Shown here: one piece after another, positions 47,326-60,992 of the stretch
Layout: every line of letters begins with the position of its first letter
Position numbering within the stretch: position 1 is the stretch's first letter
Origin: Psilocybe cubensis
Taxonomy: Eukaryota
Direction: 5' to 3'
Assembly: GCA_017499595.2 (NCBI GenBank)
Contig: CM039005.1
Location: 434,001 to 498,000, forward strand
DNA length: 64,000 bases
Made by a program: the position numbers and the translations under genes
The notes under the pieces: model-generated
What the model saw: the letters and a program-made list of their open reading frames with translations, nothing else
What the model was told of the DNA's origin: nothing
Databases searched by the model: none

Positions 47326-48091
47326 CTTTTCACGGTGTAGCGCGTGGATGATCTATTTGAAGTTGGGCCTAGGACGACGATGAACCCTTCGTTGAAGATG
47401 TTCAAATTATATTTTTGCCGATTTCTTCACGGCCATTGGTCAAATTTTGGTCAATTGATATTTCGGGAGTTATTTGGATATTTTTAGTATACTTTTTGTG
47501 GGAGTATTTCAATTTTGGCCTGATATCTGGTTACCCATTTGTGTACGCGTGATTTGCCATGAATTTACAAAAGGCAGTCCTTACCCTGCCACTACCCTGC
47601 CTTGTTGCTGTCTTGCCCTTTTTTCCTCCATCTCTGCGTTGAATTGATGTTTTACACACACTTATAGATGTATCAAAACTTAAAGGAAACACCCATTACC
47701 CACAACTTGCGTACCAAACTTGGTTGAAACCGCAGGTCCACGCCTCTGCCGTTTTTCAACTGAGGCCTAACCAATCTATTAACTTCTCTATAGTTTACTG
47801 AATAAATGTGCTGTGCCTTAAAGCAACTGTATAACGCCCCGAGGCTATTTTCATGACTGAGTGCAGCTCATCGGACTCCTGAGTCATCCTTTGGATTTGG
47901 AGACCTGCTGACCACGCTGACTGAGGATGCCGATCGAACGCGAAAGCTTCCAGCTAAGTTTATTCTTCGATCTCCTTCACTAGCTGAGTATTGTTATCAG
48001 ACTCTGAACACAGTGCATGTGCATTGCAATGCAGTAAGCAGACATATAAAAGCCTCTTGCATCATGATTCATCCAACCAATTTCCAGATTA

Positions 48092-49169
48092 ATGAACCCC
48101 ATGACGTCGTCCACTATTTATCTCATAACTGGAGCTAATCGTCCTCGAGGCATAGGTAGAAAGGATCGGACATACGGACAACTTATGGTATGCTGATGAA
48201 TTGGTTCCGTTAGGTTTTGGTCTAGTCGTTCGTATCTTGACGGCGCACCAAAACTCTTTTGTCTACGCCGGCGCACGCAGTCCAGAAAATGCCATTGAAC
48301 TCCAAGGATTAAAGACCAAGTACCCCGGCCGAATCGAGGTTGTTAAATGTATATCGGGAGATACGGAAGGCAACGCCACCCTGGCGAAAGCGATCGAAGA
48401 GAGGCATGGTCGAATAGATACTGTAATCGCTAACGCAGGTAGGCGATCATCCTGCCCTGCGGAGAGTGGCTTTGATGCCGTTTGCTTCACATAGCCATAT
48501 GGAGCACGTTCGCTCGTATCGACGACGTAACATCTGCCGATTTACAGGAGCACTTTCATGTGTGTTTTTTTTCAATGTGCGATTTTTATAAGTGCTAATA
48601 ATGTCACCGCCTATGCAGGTGAACGTCATGGGTCCGATTGTCCTGTTCCAAGCGATGCTTCCGCTTCTGAAAAAGAGTCCCAATCCCAAATTTGTGCCAA
48701 TGAGCAGTACAGGTGGTAGTATCGGCGGCGAGAATCTTGTTGCAAGTCAAGTGGGCGGTGTATGCTATGGTGCAACTAAGGCCACACTAAATTGGGTCGC
48801 GCGAAAGATCCATTTCGAAAATGACTGGATTGGTCGGTTAATTTTCTTTTTTGTACTGACTGTAATTCTTACCAACGACCCCCTGGACCTGCAGTCGCTT
48901 TTCCAATGTCGCCCGGAGGTGTTTCAACAGACCTATGTATGTGCCAACTCCTCTTATGCCTCGTTCTCATTAATGAATGATCATCCGAAATCTCAGTGAG
49001 CGATACCAGTGACAATGACCCAACTGGAATATTCAAAACATTCCTGACTGGAAATGAGCCCACAGCTGAAGAGGCAGCGAAACTCATCATGCAAGTGATA
49101 GATGATTCGACAAGAGAAACAAGCGGTGGAAAATTCATGCATTTGGATGGTTCCACAATACCATGGTAA
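48092..49169 (+). CDS. Short-chain dehydrogenase/reductase (Nor-1/C-factor-like)
   Basis: YLITGANRPRGIG, IDTVIANAG, YGATK catalytic motif, ends GKFMHLDGSTIPW*. Confidence 0.9.
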
Positions 49170-49223
49170 ATATATCCTCCTACAGCTAGATAGGCCAACA
49201 ATACTTCACATTGCTACAAAAAA

Positions 49224-50028
49224 TTAAACAGCGAAGTTGGGCGCAATAGCACGATGTTGACCGTGGCCAGCATACACGCTGTTGTGCGCCTCGGCCACCC
49301 TTTCTGCCGAGATCCTGATAACAGCGCTTTTCCATGCAGCCGCTTTCCCTTCGAGTTGACTCTCCAACGCGGCTTCGAGCTGGAAGAGTAGTTCGACGTC
49401 TTGGGCGGAGTATGCTTGAACGCGTGGATCCAGTGGCCTAGTTTCAAAAACTTCAAATGAGCCACCTTGTTTAGGCTGGAACAGCGCAATCCCTTCTTCT
49501 TTAACGCGCTTCCATTGGGGGGTTGGGTTCAAATACTGTTCGATGCACTTTCCCAGGCCAGTGACGAACTTGACCCGCAAATATTGAGAACGCCGCGCCG
49601 CGATTTCGAGCACTTGAAGATCATATGTGTTGGTCAAATTGACCCCGAAAAGATGATACAATGAATCGGCATCATTTCTGACATCGAAGAAGACCTAGCA
49701 AATAAATGTAATGTTAGAGGTTAGCGTGGCGTTGGGGTTTGAGTATTGTCGAAATGACCTTTACGATCCCCTGACTTTCCAATACGCCTCTCAGCGAGCT
49801 ACCATATGCGGTAGTGTGGTCGAAGGCAGCTTTGCCGAGGACGGTGATGTCAATGATCCAGATGATGTTGGAATGATAGGACAATATTTGAAGGAGAGAG
49901 ACCTTGCCGTGGCGACATAAATCTACTCCCTCGAGATCAACAGCAAGTTTCGTAGTCCCAAGCGATGAGATATCAGCAAGACATGTGTCTAGCTTGAGTA
50001 GATCGTCCACTAGTGTAATTGTAGGCAT
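49224..50028 (-). CDS. Stand-alone DEDDy 3'-5' exonuclease (EXD1-like), 2 exons
   Basis: ExoI AVDLEGVDLCRHG, ExoII FFDVRNDADSL, DLQVLE, ExoIII RPL....QAYSAQDV. Confidence 0.82.
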
Positions 50029-50269
50029 TTTTGGATGTAATACCTGAAGTTGGCCAACAACCTCCAACAACACCCTCTTATATATCTTCCGAGTCAGTAC
50101 AATTTTGATCCGCAACATAACCGCCGTCTGCAAATATAAGCGCCAGGCCGCGTTGCGAATGTGTTTCCAAAACGTAAATAGTAATGAATGTTGAACACGA
50201 CGAATGCCTAGATAAATACATGTAGTGATAGAATAAGTTACATAACTTGCATATCTCGTCCTCCTAAAA

Positions 50270-53200
50270 TCAGATATAAAATGGTATACCATAGACAACG
50301 GGCGCAGCCCCTGTTAGGTACTTTAATTTACAGGAATCACGAGATTGAGCCACCGCAGCAACTATTGAAGGTCGACTCTTCGCGTTCTTCTCCCGCGGCA
50401 GGTTAAGGTCCTTGCCTGTCAAACCCATCTTGTCAAAGACGGATTGCGAAAGCTTGTCGATGTCCTTGTCCGTGACATCCCACAAGTTTGCGATCAAGGT
50501 AGGACTAGAAGACGATGAGCATTTATTCAACACACAATCATGGACATGCTTACCATCCTGCAAGCATGTAATTGTAAGGCGTTCCCGTCCTGTCAAAGTC
50601 GCCCATGTCGCGTAACAGGCCTGAAGAACAACCCCAGAGCATAGTGGCGGCACAGGTAGGGAGACTTCTGATTTTATGTGAGCGGATATATTGTTCGCCT
50701 CCGCCGTGACCAAAATACCTAATCAAAGGGATGTCAGAGCGTTTTTTTTAGAAGATAACAACAACACATACACAACAATATCGCGGGTTTTGAGGGCGTT
50801 CACAAACTGTTGCTCGCTGACGGGTTTGCCTGCTACGCCATCCCATCCCGAAAATTTCATATCTTTGGCCCAGTCTCTGAATCGTTCTTCAGTCCTGCCG
50901 AGGTCGCCACTTGGGTTTAAGACATAATAACCGTTTTTAGGGTCAATACATGCGCCATTGTCCGCTTCGTATGACTGGCCGTTGGCTTCTCTTTTCATCT
51001 TCGCGAAGGCAAGCCTGTCATAGAGAAATTGGACGCCAGGGATGCGGCTCACGCTTCTTCCTCGCAAGATAGGTATATTTTCCCAAGGAAGGCCCTGTAC
51101 ATTCTTGTCCAAGACGAGGAACAGATGCTCATCTTCTGGGGAACGTCCTGGTTTATTCTGTCGATTTTTCTTTGACGAATGGTCTTCCAACACTGTCCTG
51201 AGGTCAACGACTAGTTGATCGATGTCGACTTCCGCGATGGCGACAGGAACACCATGGAACTGATATAGGTCAAGAACGAAATAGATAAGATCTTCAAGTT
51301 CCTCGTCGCGACACTTCGGAGATAGAGTTGAAAAGCAATTGATCATAGTGTCGTCAAGGGTGAAGTCTGTCGCAGATATGTTCGGCGTTTGAGAAGCAGT
51401 TTTTCTGTGGGCTGTTTTAGATTTTGGTTTTTTCTCTTTGACATGAAGACTGCGATAGAAAGCTTTCTCGAACTGATTTCGAAGCTCAGACGTTGTCTCG
51501 GGCGATATAGGTGTTCGCGGGCTGAGAATAGACTTTGAAGCCATTATTACTTAGGAATTATTGAATATGAAGAACTACTCACTTTGAAAGCCCCCAACCA
51601 GCAATATTCAATGTTTTCGAGCAACTCTCGCATTCTGACGTCAAGCTCTCCACGTATCTTCCACCAGTTCGATTTTGCCTCGTCGTCGTCAGACTTAATA
51701 TCCACAGCGGATTTAATACAGTCATCACTGGATTGAACGATATCCTTCATTTCTTGAATCGCTGCATCGAATGTCAGATATGTGTCATCTTCATCGCCTC
51801 CGCCATGGTCCCTGCGACCTTTCAACGGGATGCAGAAGATCAAAGGTTCGGTGGCATCCAAGCCTCCATCTTGTCTGGAAATAAAAAGTGTGCTCTTATC
51901 GGGAGTCACACTTATATTGATGACTGCCCATGTTTGTGGAAGCCCGGTGGTTTCATTGGTGGAAGGAATGAACGAGCCTAGCACTTGGGATTGGTACCTG
52001 GCGAGTGTAGTTTTCCAATAGCTCTTTACCGCCTTCGTTGAAAACCTCGACGAATCTTCGCTGTCAGATTCAGAGTCGGAGAGGGAGGAGAGAGAGAATT
52101 TTGATGACAGTGACTTGACAGGGCGTGGAAGGGCTGCACCGTCAGGGGACAACGGTGGCCATTGCAGGTCATCTGGACATTGTAATGAAGGAAACTTATT
52201 CGCGATTGCATCCAGCATATCCCGTCGGAGTGTGAGAGCAACTGATATATCTAGAGAACAATCGCTTTCAGTGAGTTCAAGCGCAAAAAATCACATTCAA
52301 ACTTACCAAGTAAAGACGCCATAGTCGAGGAGCCTTGAATTTTCTTATCTCCAAGAGATGTACGGAACGCGGATATGAGAGCTAAGGAAATGGCAGCTTC
52401 GCGTACTTTGATGACGCTCCCTTTTGATGCTGTCAGGCTTAGATGGTCCCAAAAGAACTTTTCAGCACTTGACAAAGCATCCACCATATCTGCAGATTGG
52501 GCTGGCGAAGGAGAGGACTCTTTGCTTTCCATCCCCATAGGCACTGCAATAGCTACCGAAAGTTTTTGTAAGTTATAGAACATGGATCCCAACAATGTAA
52601 ATAATTACAGACTTGATTCGGTCAATGAGCTCAGAAACATATCACTTCTGAAACGGCCATACACTTTGTGCAGGGTAAGCTTTCCCAAGAGGGCATTCTC
52701 TTCAGCCTTATGGAAATATTAAGAGTGATTTAACGCCAGAATAGTATAATATATTTACCTTATTTTGAGGAGAGTAGGATAATGAGAGTAACTTTTCCAA
52801 TAGAGAGTTGAAGTTATCATCGCCGGCGTCTCGTAGGTTCCACACTAGCACCAGATTTTAGCGGAACCACGGCGTTGCCAAGAAGGCATAAAACTTACAT
52901 TGTTGGCTAAGGAGGGATACCAACAAATCAGGAGCCAAAACGTCAATACGAGTTTTGCTTCCGAGAGAAGTGCGAGGGCTGGTGGAGGCATCAGAACCGA
53001 CAGACGAATCAATAAAAGTGAGTGCTTACCCGAACGCAAGGTTATCGAACTGTCTGAAGGCGGCGTCGAGGTCTTCGAGCATGGCCACTGTCTCATTAAA
53101 TTCAGTTTGATGATCTTCAGCTACGACTGCATCTTCTCCATTTACTCGCAAATCACATTCGACTTTTAGTCGGCGAATTTCCACAGTTTCCAAACCCGGA

Positions 53201-56200
53201 ACGTCCTTGACGATGAGAGATGCCTTCATCAGAGTTTCCCAAGCATCTTGGAGATGTCCCATATGTAGCTGAACTTCGCCTTGCCTGGTCAACGCGCGGC
53301 CGATCATCCCAGGCGCATTCATTTGCTCAGCGAGATCGACAGCCTGTTTAGCAAAGTATTCTGCCTCACGGGCGGAACCTCTGAGAAAATACGTCTGCGC
53401 TAGTGCCAACATCGTCGATAAGAGTCCTTCCGACATCCTCCATTCCAAACCATCCAAGAGTGGTCTGCGTTCGTTTGGTTTCTTCGTGGTGCTACCATTG
53501 GCAGGTGTGGGTACAGAAGTGCTGGAGGTGCTCGGTAGAGCGTCATTCAAACTTGTCATTTCGAAAGGATCGGATTCGGGTGGCCCTCGAACAGGATATA
53601 ATCGAGTTATCGCATCAACGGCCCTATTCCATAGGCGAAGCGATTGTAACAGGCCTTCATGCGAGGCATAGATGTCACCCTGGATTGCAAAATGTCAATA
53701 CACACAAAGAAAACGAGAAGAGGAAAGATCTTTATTGTACTTTTTCAAATTGCACGAGGCTGAAAACCCGTGAAGCCAACGCCGCAATTTCTAACACTTT
53801 TGCCCTTGCATATATGCGTTGTTGTGTTGACACCCCCTTTTGTTCGAGATCCAGCGCATTCGATATTACATGAGCCTCTAGATAAACTTTGGAACTATGA
53901 TGCAGCAACTTTGTCAGACTTAATCTTTTAGTAGTATTGTGCAGTCATTAACCTTTCTGGGACATCTCCAATAACACACAGAGATTCGGAAAACCGCAGC
54001 AAGAACCGGACGGCCACGTCGTCGGAGACCTGCCCGCTGCGTACTATCTCAAGAGCGGGATAGAATATGGATGCAGCTCGCTTTGTTTTTCCAAGGAGAA
54101 CATATTCATGGGCAAGGTCTAGGGATGAGATAACAAATTCTAGAAAGCCGTACATTAAAGTTCATGTCATTATTATAAAGCTGGGGTCCACTAACCGTCA
54201 CTTTTAGCTCCGACGTGACGCTGGGCCAGTTTCCTTGTCATGTCCAACAACCGCGCCTTAGGCAGTATCAGCGATAGCAGCCCCAGAATTCTGGCAGTTA
54301 GTTCTAAGACAATTTTTAGGTGAAGAAGCGAGAGCAAGAAGACAAGCAAAGTGGACGCACGAAGAAGGGACATGAAATTTTCAAAGTTATCAAAGATCAA
54401 CGTATGTGCTTTGGTAGGTTGTGCTGGATCCATAGACCGCCGCGGCGGTGTTTGCTTCACAGTGAACGTTGCGGGCAAAGCTTATGAAGATAAAGAAATC
54501 AGCATTTAAATTGATCAAAGGCAATGGAGCCTACCTGTCCGAGTACGCGGTTTAGGCGTTACAGGATTTAATGGTACTTTCTGGGAAGCCCTCAACGGCG
54601 GTGCCTTTCTTGGAGCGGCAGGAACTGTGCGCTGGCGGGTAGATCGAAGTTGCTTTGGCGAAACGAGCTTGTTGACCTTGGGCGAAACAGTTGCCTTGAC
54701 GATTTTCGGACTAGACGTCTTGCGAAGTTTGGGTGTTCCTTCTGCTTCTTTGGCCAACAGCTCCTTCATCATGCGGCAGGCATCATCGGTATGTCGAGAC
54801 ATTATACCTGTCTGCTGGGGATCGACTCGGCGATGGGCATGTAGGGCAACCCACAGATGACTGGCTATGCGATATTGGTTGGTATAATGGTTGAGGCGTG
54901 CATCTTTTCCTAGATTCTGAATAAGCAAAAATGTGAGCAGTAGGTCGGTAGAAGGTAAAGAAAACACGAGCATTGTTAGTCAAAAGCTCCTCGATTTCAG
55001 CACCGATCTCATCCACGGTTTTGAATCCAAGATTAGCGCAAGCGTCGTCTGCCTGATCTCTGTACAAGAATTCCAAACATCGGACTAGAATTCTTGCCCT
55101 TCTTACAGGCATGAACGCAGAGCTGTTCTCGTGATGTTTAGAATAAACTAAAAGAGCATCTCGGAGAAGCCTTAGCTGAACACTTCGCACACCATCTTTA
55201 CACCTGCTAGGTTCCAAGCTGTCCAATTGTCGTTCCAGCAGAACCCCTATGACGCATGATTCGAGACCAGCGGGATTCGTACCCTGGTCAGGATGGTCGC
55301 ATGTTGTGAAGTTGGTCGCTGACAGCACCGAGATTTCTTCAGGGGGAAGGAGTAGGTCGCACGAGCCAATGTACGATATTCGGTCCACCAGAGTGACGAG
55401 CGACTGAATAGCAGAGCTTGCAGAAGATCCAAAAAGTATATCTGGTGCTTGATGGTCGGTTTGACCAGTCAAGCCAGAAGAATGGAAAGGGAAGGTGTGG
55501 ATGGACTGTTTAAAAGCGTGGTATGCGTTCTATCAAAGGAGTTGGAACCTGACATTAACAATATATGAGGTGAATTTGCTTGCCTTTCGATCGCCATTTT
55601 TCGAATAACACACGCCCAAAAGCTCCCACCGCCGAAAAAACTGTTCTTCAAGGTTTTGCCATTCCTTCTCCCGCATTTCATTGGATACTTCGGGAATAGG
55701 TCGAGATAACTGTAATGCCTTGGCTCCCAGTACGCATGATTCCATCAGGAAAGGAACAGCGTTTCCATATCTTGAAGCCTGATACAATGATCCAGCAATG
55801 TTGTAAAACGCCCCTGAGATGCATCGTGCATAGTTGGCGATGTCTACGGCTTGATCGACAGGAGAAAGAGGGAATTTATCTTGAGGGACGGTCTTCAGAA
55901 TGTCGCTAGCCCGATTGAGTAACTCGAAAGCGATAGTGAACGTTGAAGGTTCGCCGACATTAAGGACTGTTTTTGACATAACGAATAAAGTGTCGATAGA
56001 GCGCGTTAGCAAATCGCGAGTTTCAGTGGCTGTCAGATCCTAAAGAATGGAATCGTCAAATGAAAAATAAAATAAAATAAAATAAAAATAAAAGTTGCTT
56101 GAGCTACTCACCGGAATTTGCAGAACTGAATGCAGAGTGTCAACCGCAGCCAAAAGAAAATTGCGAAGAACAGCATCCCGAGTGGTATGAAAGGTTTCGG

Positions 56201-57840
56201 ATTGAGTGGAGGTTGGATGGATGTCGAGATATTTGATGGCCATCCGCCGAAGCTTTTCAAACGCTCGGTCTACTTTGCCAGATATTCGAGAAATGGATTG
56301 CTGTTCTTTGGATAATTTTTCACCAATCCTCAGGCTAGATTGCAGCAGGGTTCGTATAGAGGAAGATGTGTTAAGAAGAGTGGCACAGTCCTCAATAGAT
56401 CGGAGTAAGTCTATTATGTGACTTGTGAATGTCATATTTTTCTGGATTAAGTGAAACGGCATACCATTATTAGAAGAACTTTCGGCATTTTCAAGCAGCA
56501 CTAAGGTCTGAGAAAAGAGTGTGCAGACTTTAGTGCCATCGACCACAATGTCCTGTTCAACAGTAGCTGATTCATGTGATTGAGACTTGGGTGGTGTGGA
56601 TGAAGAAGGTTGCTTCATGCATGCGTTGATCCTCTGGATCGCAGAAATGTCACCAGCCTGGAAATTTCTAATGAAAACTGCTCTGTGTTGAAACACCTAC
56701 GAAGAGCTTACCCGTTTCGCGAACGATAGCCAGTGCTCACATAATCGCAAGAAGCCCTTCTCTTGCTGTTCAACCGACATGAAAGCTTCTCGATCTGTTC
56801 TTTGCTCAGCAAGATCCACGAGTTGACCAAATGCATGAAGAATCATAGAAGTAGTTTGCTCTTCTCCTTTCTGTGGCGTGGCTTTGACAAACACACTGGC
56901 ATAACGCGTTGCTTGATCCCAGAATGTATTTGCCTCAATAGTACCCGGGGTTGTATGAGCAAGGCATCGAAGGGCGTACATGCGAAGAATAAATATTGAT
57001 TGAGGAGATGGATGAGCTTTGGACTTCGTCGGAGGTAATGAAGAGGATGTTGAACAAAGCTTGTTGACGGCGGTATATGCTCGGGTAAGCAACGAGTCGG
57101 TATGCTTTGCAGGTAAGGCTGACAACATCGGTAGCCATGACAGCAAGGAGTGCGTTGTCGGAGAGCTTAAGGACTTTGAAAGTTCGTCGACTGAGTTGCT
57201 TCCATGTGACTTGATGATTAGTGCATAAAGAAGATAAAGCGACACCAAATTTAACAGAATAGCATTTGTTGGTGGAGACGACGGTGGTGGGATTGATATA
57301 GGATTGGATTGATCTGAGTCAACGTTCAACAGTAGAATGAGACGAGGTTGCGTCTCTGTCAACGCTTTCTCTGCAAAATCGAACTACAGAAGGTGTGAAT
57401 ACACAACGAAGCGTAGGAATGAAAAGATAACGCACCATTTCGAGAGCAATTAACTTTCCCAATACACTCGAAGCTGCTCTTTCAACATCCAAGTCTCCCG
57501 GTCTCAACTTCCTGAGAGTATCCAAAGCTTTGGAGGCCTTTGAAGCTGCTGAAGTCGCCGTAGCTAATGTTGTCTTGGACGAGTCTGCCGACTTCTTCCA
57601 ACCGGATTGAACAACGCCAGATAGCGCCTGGGATGCTTCATTTACTGAACGCATAGCTAAAACTTTGTGATCGACGTTTTCCGGTGTCTTCTTGGCCTTC
57701 GTGGTAGTTTTTGTTTCAGTGCCATTGCTAATTGTGAGTTTGGTGGCGAGTTCGTTTGCGAGTTGAGTAGCAGTAACTGTAGCGGATCTGGCCAGCTTTG
57801 AGGGTTCTCGTGTGGTTGTGCGACGAGTAGCACTGGCCAT
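50270..57840 (-). CDS. ESP1: Separase (peptidase C50), multi-exon
   Basis: Long helical N-terminus; LVLDKNVQGLPWENIPILRGRSVSRIP, YYVLNPSGDL, YFGHGGGEQYI, LWGCSSG (catalytic His/Cys), ANLWDVTDKDID, YLTGAAPVVYGIP. Confidence 0.95.
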
Positions 57841-57925
57841 GATCTTTATCGTAACCTTTTGGACTAAGTGGTGAGGTGGAAAGCGTTTCAATTACAACGG
57901 GTGCAATCAATGCACACAACTTCAC

Positions 57926-57968
57926 AAAACGCGATCACGTGAATGCGCGTTGCTTGTACCTGATTGGT
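57926..57968. promoter_or_regulatory. Putative cell-cycle promoter motifs upstream of separase
   Basis: ACGCG and CGCGT (MCB-like), TCACGTGA and ATTGG (CCAAT box) clustered ~90-130 bp upstream of the ATG. Confidence 0.4.
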
Positions 57969-58104
57969 TCGGTGATCCCCTATTCGCCCCTAACCGATAA
58001 TATATACAGAGATGATAAGTATTGCCTTGAGTAAAGATTTAAATATCTTCTTTATTTCTCTTCCTAATAAAAACCATTTCAGAAAGCGTCCTCACATATT
58101 GCAT

Positions 58105-59190
58105 TCACCAGGAAGATATCTTTGTCCCATCCAAATGAATAAACTCTCCCCCATGTTCCTCACGCGTTGCTTCATCGATAACTTTAAGGATAGAAACAGC
58201 TGCCTCAGCTGCAGTAGGCTCTACACCTGAGACCAGTGAATTAAATACTGGATCATCATTGCAGGCATTGGTGACTTTAAGTATTGAACAGCATTAGTAT
58301 CCAGTAGACAATAATACATAAATAAAATACCCATATCTGTTGAAATTCCTCCCGGAGACAGAGGAAATGCCACTATGAGTTCCATTCAGAACACGTTCAG
58401 AATCCAGATCAAAAACGTAGGAATCTTGGCCTACCTAACCAGTCATTTTCGAAGTGTATCTTTCTTGTGGCCCAGTTCAATGCAGCCTTGCTAGCACCGT
58501 AGCATATAGCACCTGCTTGAGTGGGGACCAGCCCCATTCCGATGCATCCCCCAATGCTACTAACGGATATAAAACGCGGACTAATGCTTTTCTTGAGAAG
58601 AGATAACATTGATTGAAATAGGACAATAGGCCCTGTCGTGTTAACCTAAAGCAACATGTTTTTTTCAGATGCCAAGCAAAAATTGCACCATACATCTCGA
58701 AAGCTTACATGAAAGTGCTCTTCAAAATCCTTTACCGACACTTCAGAAACGGGTGTAAATGAGTTCCATATGGCTTTGAACAATGCAAAGGTCAGAGGTT
58801 CGTAATGTAGCATTTTGAAGTGACTAATTTGCCCACCTGCATTTGCAATAACAGTATCGACTCGGCCATGACGTTCTTCAATTTGTTTTGCCACAACAGC
58901 ATTTCCCTCACTGTCTCCCGAGACACATTTAACAATCTCAAGACGGCCGACAAATTTCTCTTTCAGCTCATGGAGGGCATTGGCTTTGTCTGGATCACGC
59001 GCTCCCGCATACACAAAGGCGTTCTCGTGCTTCTCCAAAGCGTGTTGAACTAAAGCCAATCCTACATGTTGAACAAAGTAAATCAATTAGTGATGGGATC
59101 TCTTGGATAAAGGAATATTGTACCTATGCCTCGAGAACGGTTTGCTCCGGTTATTAAATAAATGACAGATGGTGAGTTTGGTGCTACCAT
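58105..59190 (-). CDS. Short-chain dehydrogenase/reductase, paralog of the 48092-49169 gene
   Basis: YLITGANRSRGI, VDTVIANAG, YGASK, ends FIHLDGTKISSW*; same intron positions as its paralog. Confidence 0.9.
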
Positions 59191-60992
59191 TGAGTTGTCG
59201 AGCTTCTTAGCAGTGATAAAAGGAATGAAAACCAATGCGATGACTCTTCTTCCCTAATAGCCTCGTTTGCATGGTTTAGCCGAAGTGTATATATTAATCC
59301 AGCCTGTGAAGATCACAACATTCAATCAAATTATTATTGTTCGAGGCTTGAACAGATGACCACCCAGCGTGTTGTGGGTTGTAATCTCATAACCCCTAAA
59401 ACATATCACGGGGCAATGATTCCACGCGAAATCCGCTGTACTGGTTATTAACCCCCTCCGTGAGAGAAGAAGCTATGGATGATAAGCCGGAGTCGGTGTA
59501 TTACTCAAACGTTCACAAACGACCATGTCAGTTGATTGTGGTAATTAAATGAAAGTAAATGAAAGCATATTTCAACCTACATATTCCCACATCATGTATA
59601 GCTCTACAGTAAGGTTCTCCCATCTTGTGGAACTCGGATAAAATGACAAAATTCTCTCCGGACTTCAAATATACGCTGGAATTACAATGTGAAGATTTCC
59701 TACACTCCTAAGGATAGAGATATATCCATTCCTCATGACATTTTTAGTGTAGACTCACCGTGATTCGTGAAATCGGAAAAGTCATCAGGTGATTACCTCT
59801 GTGGATAGCCTATTTACGTTGCTTTCATGTGTTTCATTGAGAGACGGTAGTTTTCGCCTCTTTACCTACAGTCCAGAACAAAATTTGCTCACATTGCATG
59901 ATCCTCCATCCTGTTGATATCCCGATTGCTTAAGCGCCCATACGTTATGATGACCGGACATTTCAAATTAAATTTGGGTGTTTGTGAAGGTGTCGTGGAT
60001 TTATTTTTAGCAGCAGAATGTTCCAAACTTAGTCACTTAAAGCTTGATTGCTTGACAGCGACTATGTACATTGGGTGATCTAACAGCCATTTGGACAGCG
60101 TACAAATTCGGATAAGTGGCAAATCAGCGTCCCTGGTGTCCCGAACTGAATGAAGCGGCACAGAGTGGTACAATTTACTTAAGCCACAGAAGAACCCACT
60201 TTCTTTCTCAAAGAATGTCGCAATTTTCTTTCACCCGAAAGGCATTGAGGGTTATAACATGATAACAAAATCCTGGAGTCCGATTCTGTTGTACTGACTA
60301 ACTACTCTGCCGTCAGGTATGGCACAATACTCCTGTATTTTTTTATCATTGGATCACCGTCACTCGCCATTATGCATTATTTATAAATTTAAGTACCATT
60401 CATACCCAGCTTCCGACATGGCAGGACCGGCAGGCGCAGGTGCTCTAGCGACCAGTTGTCTAGATATGTTTGTTATTCTGCGGAGCTCTACTGTGTTTTG
60501 AATTTTTTCATGGTCGATGTCCAAGCTGTCGAGGTTTCGGAGGCGTATGGGGCATTTAAAAAATTTCTTTTTCGACAGCTCAAAGTAATCGCCTCACTAT
60601 GGTGAATCTCAGATATTTTCGCGGGGATAGCATTTATTCAACCATTCATAATCCTGGCTCGGGCTTCGTAACAATTGCCCGAGGAAGCGGTCACGTGAAA
60701 AGGTACTTCAAGGGTTTTCATGCCTTGAAACTTGTATGGTAGGCCATTGTTGGCTATTGAACTACGATGTAGGGCATTTCCCGGGTTATCTTACGTGGTA
60801 CTGTAGCTGGGCACACCGGCTTCTGGGTTTTCTGTTACCGGTAGAACAGCCGATTTTATTCATAAACTTCGAGTTGTTGAAGTCCATTGAAAGCATTTAG
60901 CACCGGTGACCCAGTACTGCGTTCTTTGCCCCTCAGCTCTGTCATTGATTGGGTCATATACCCTTAGTTACACGAAAATATCTGCCGATACC

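Noticed and set aside
50300..50311. GGGCGCAGCCCC hairpin similar to the hairpin in the T-skewed elements
   Set aside because: It encodes the conserved GAAP motif of separase; coincidental.
56063..56093. (AAAAT)n run
   Set aside because: Ordinary intronic microsatellite in separase.
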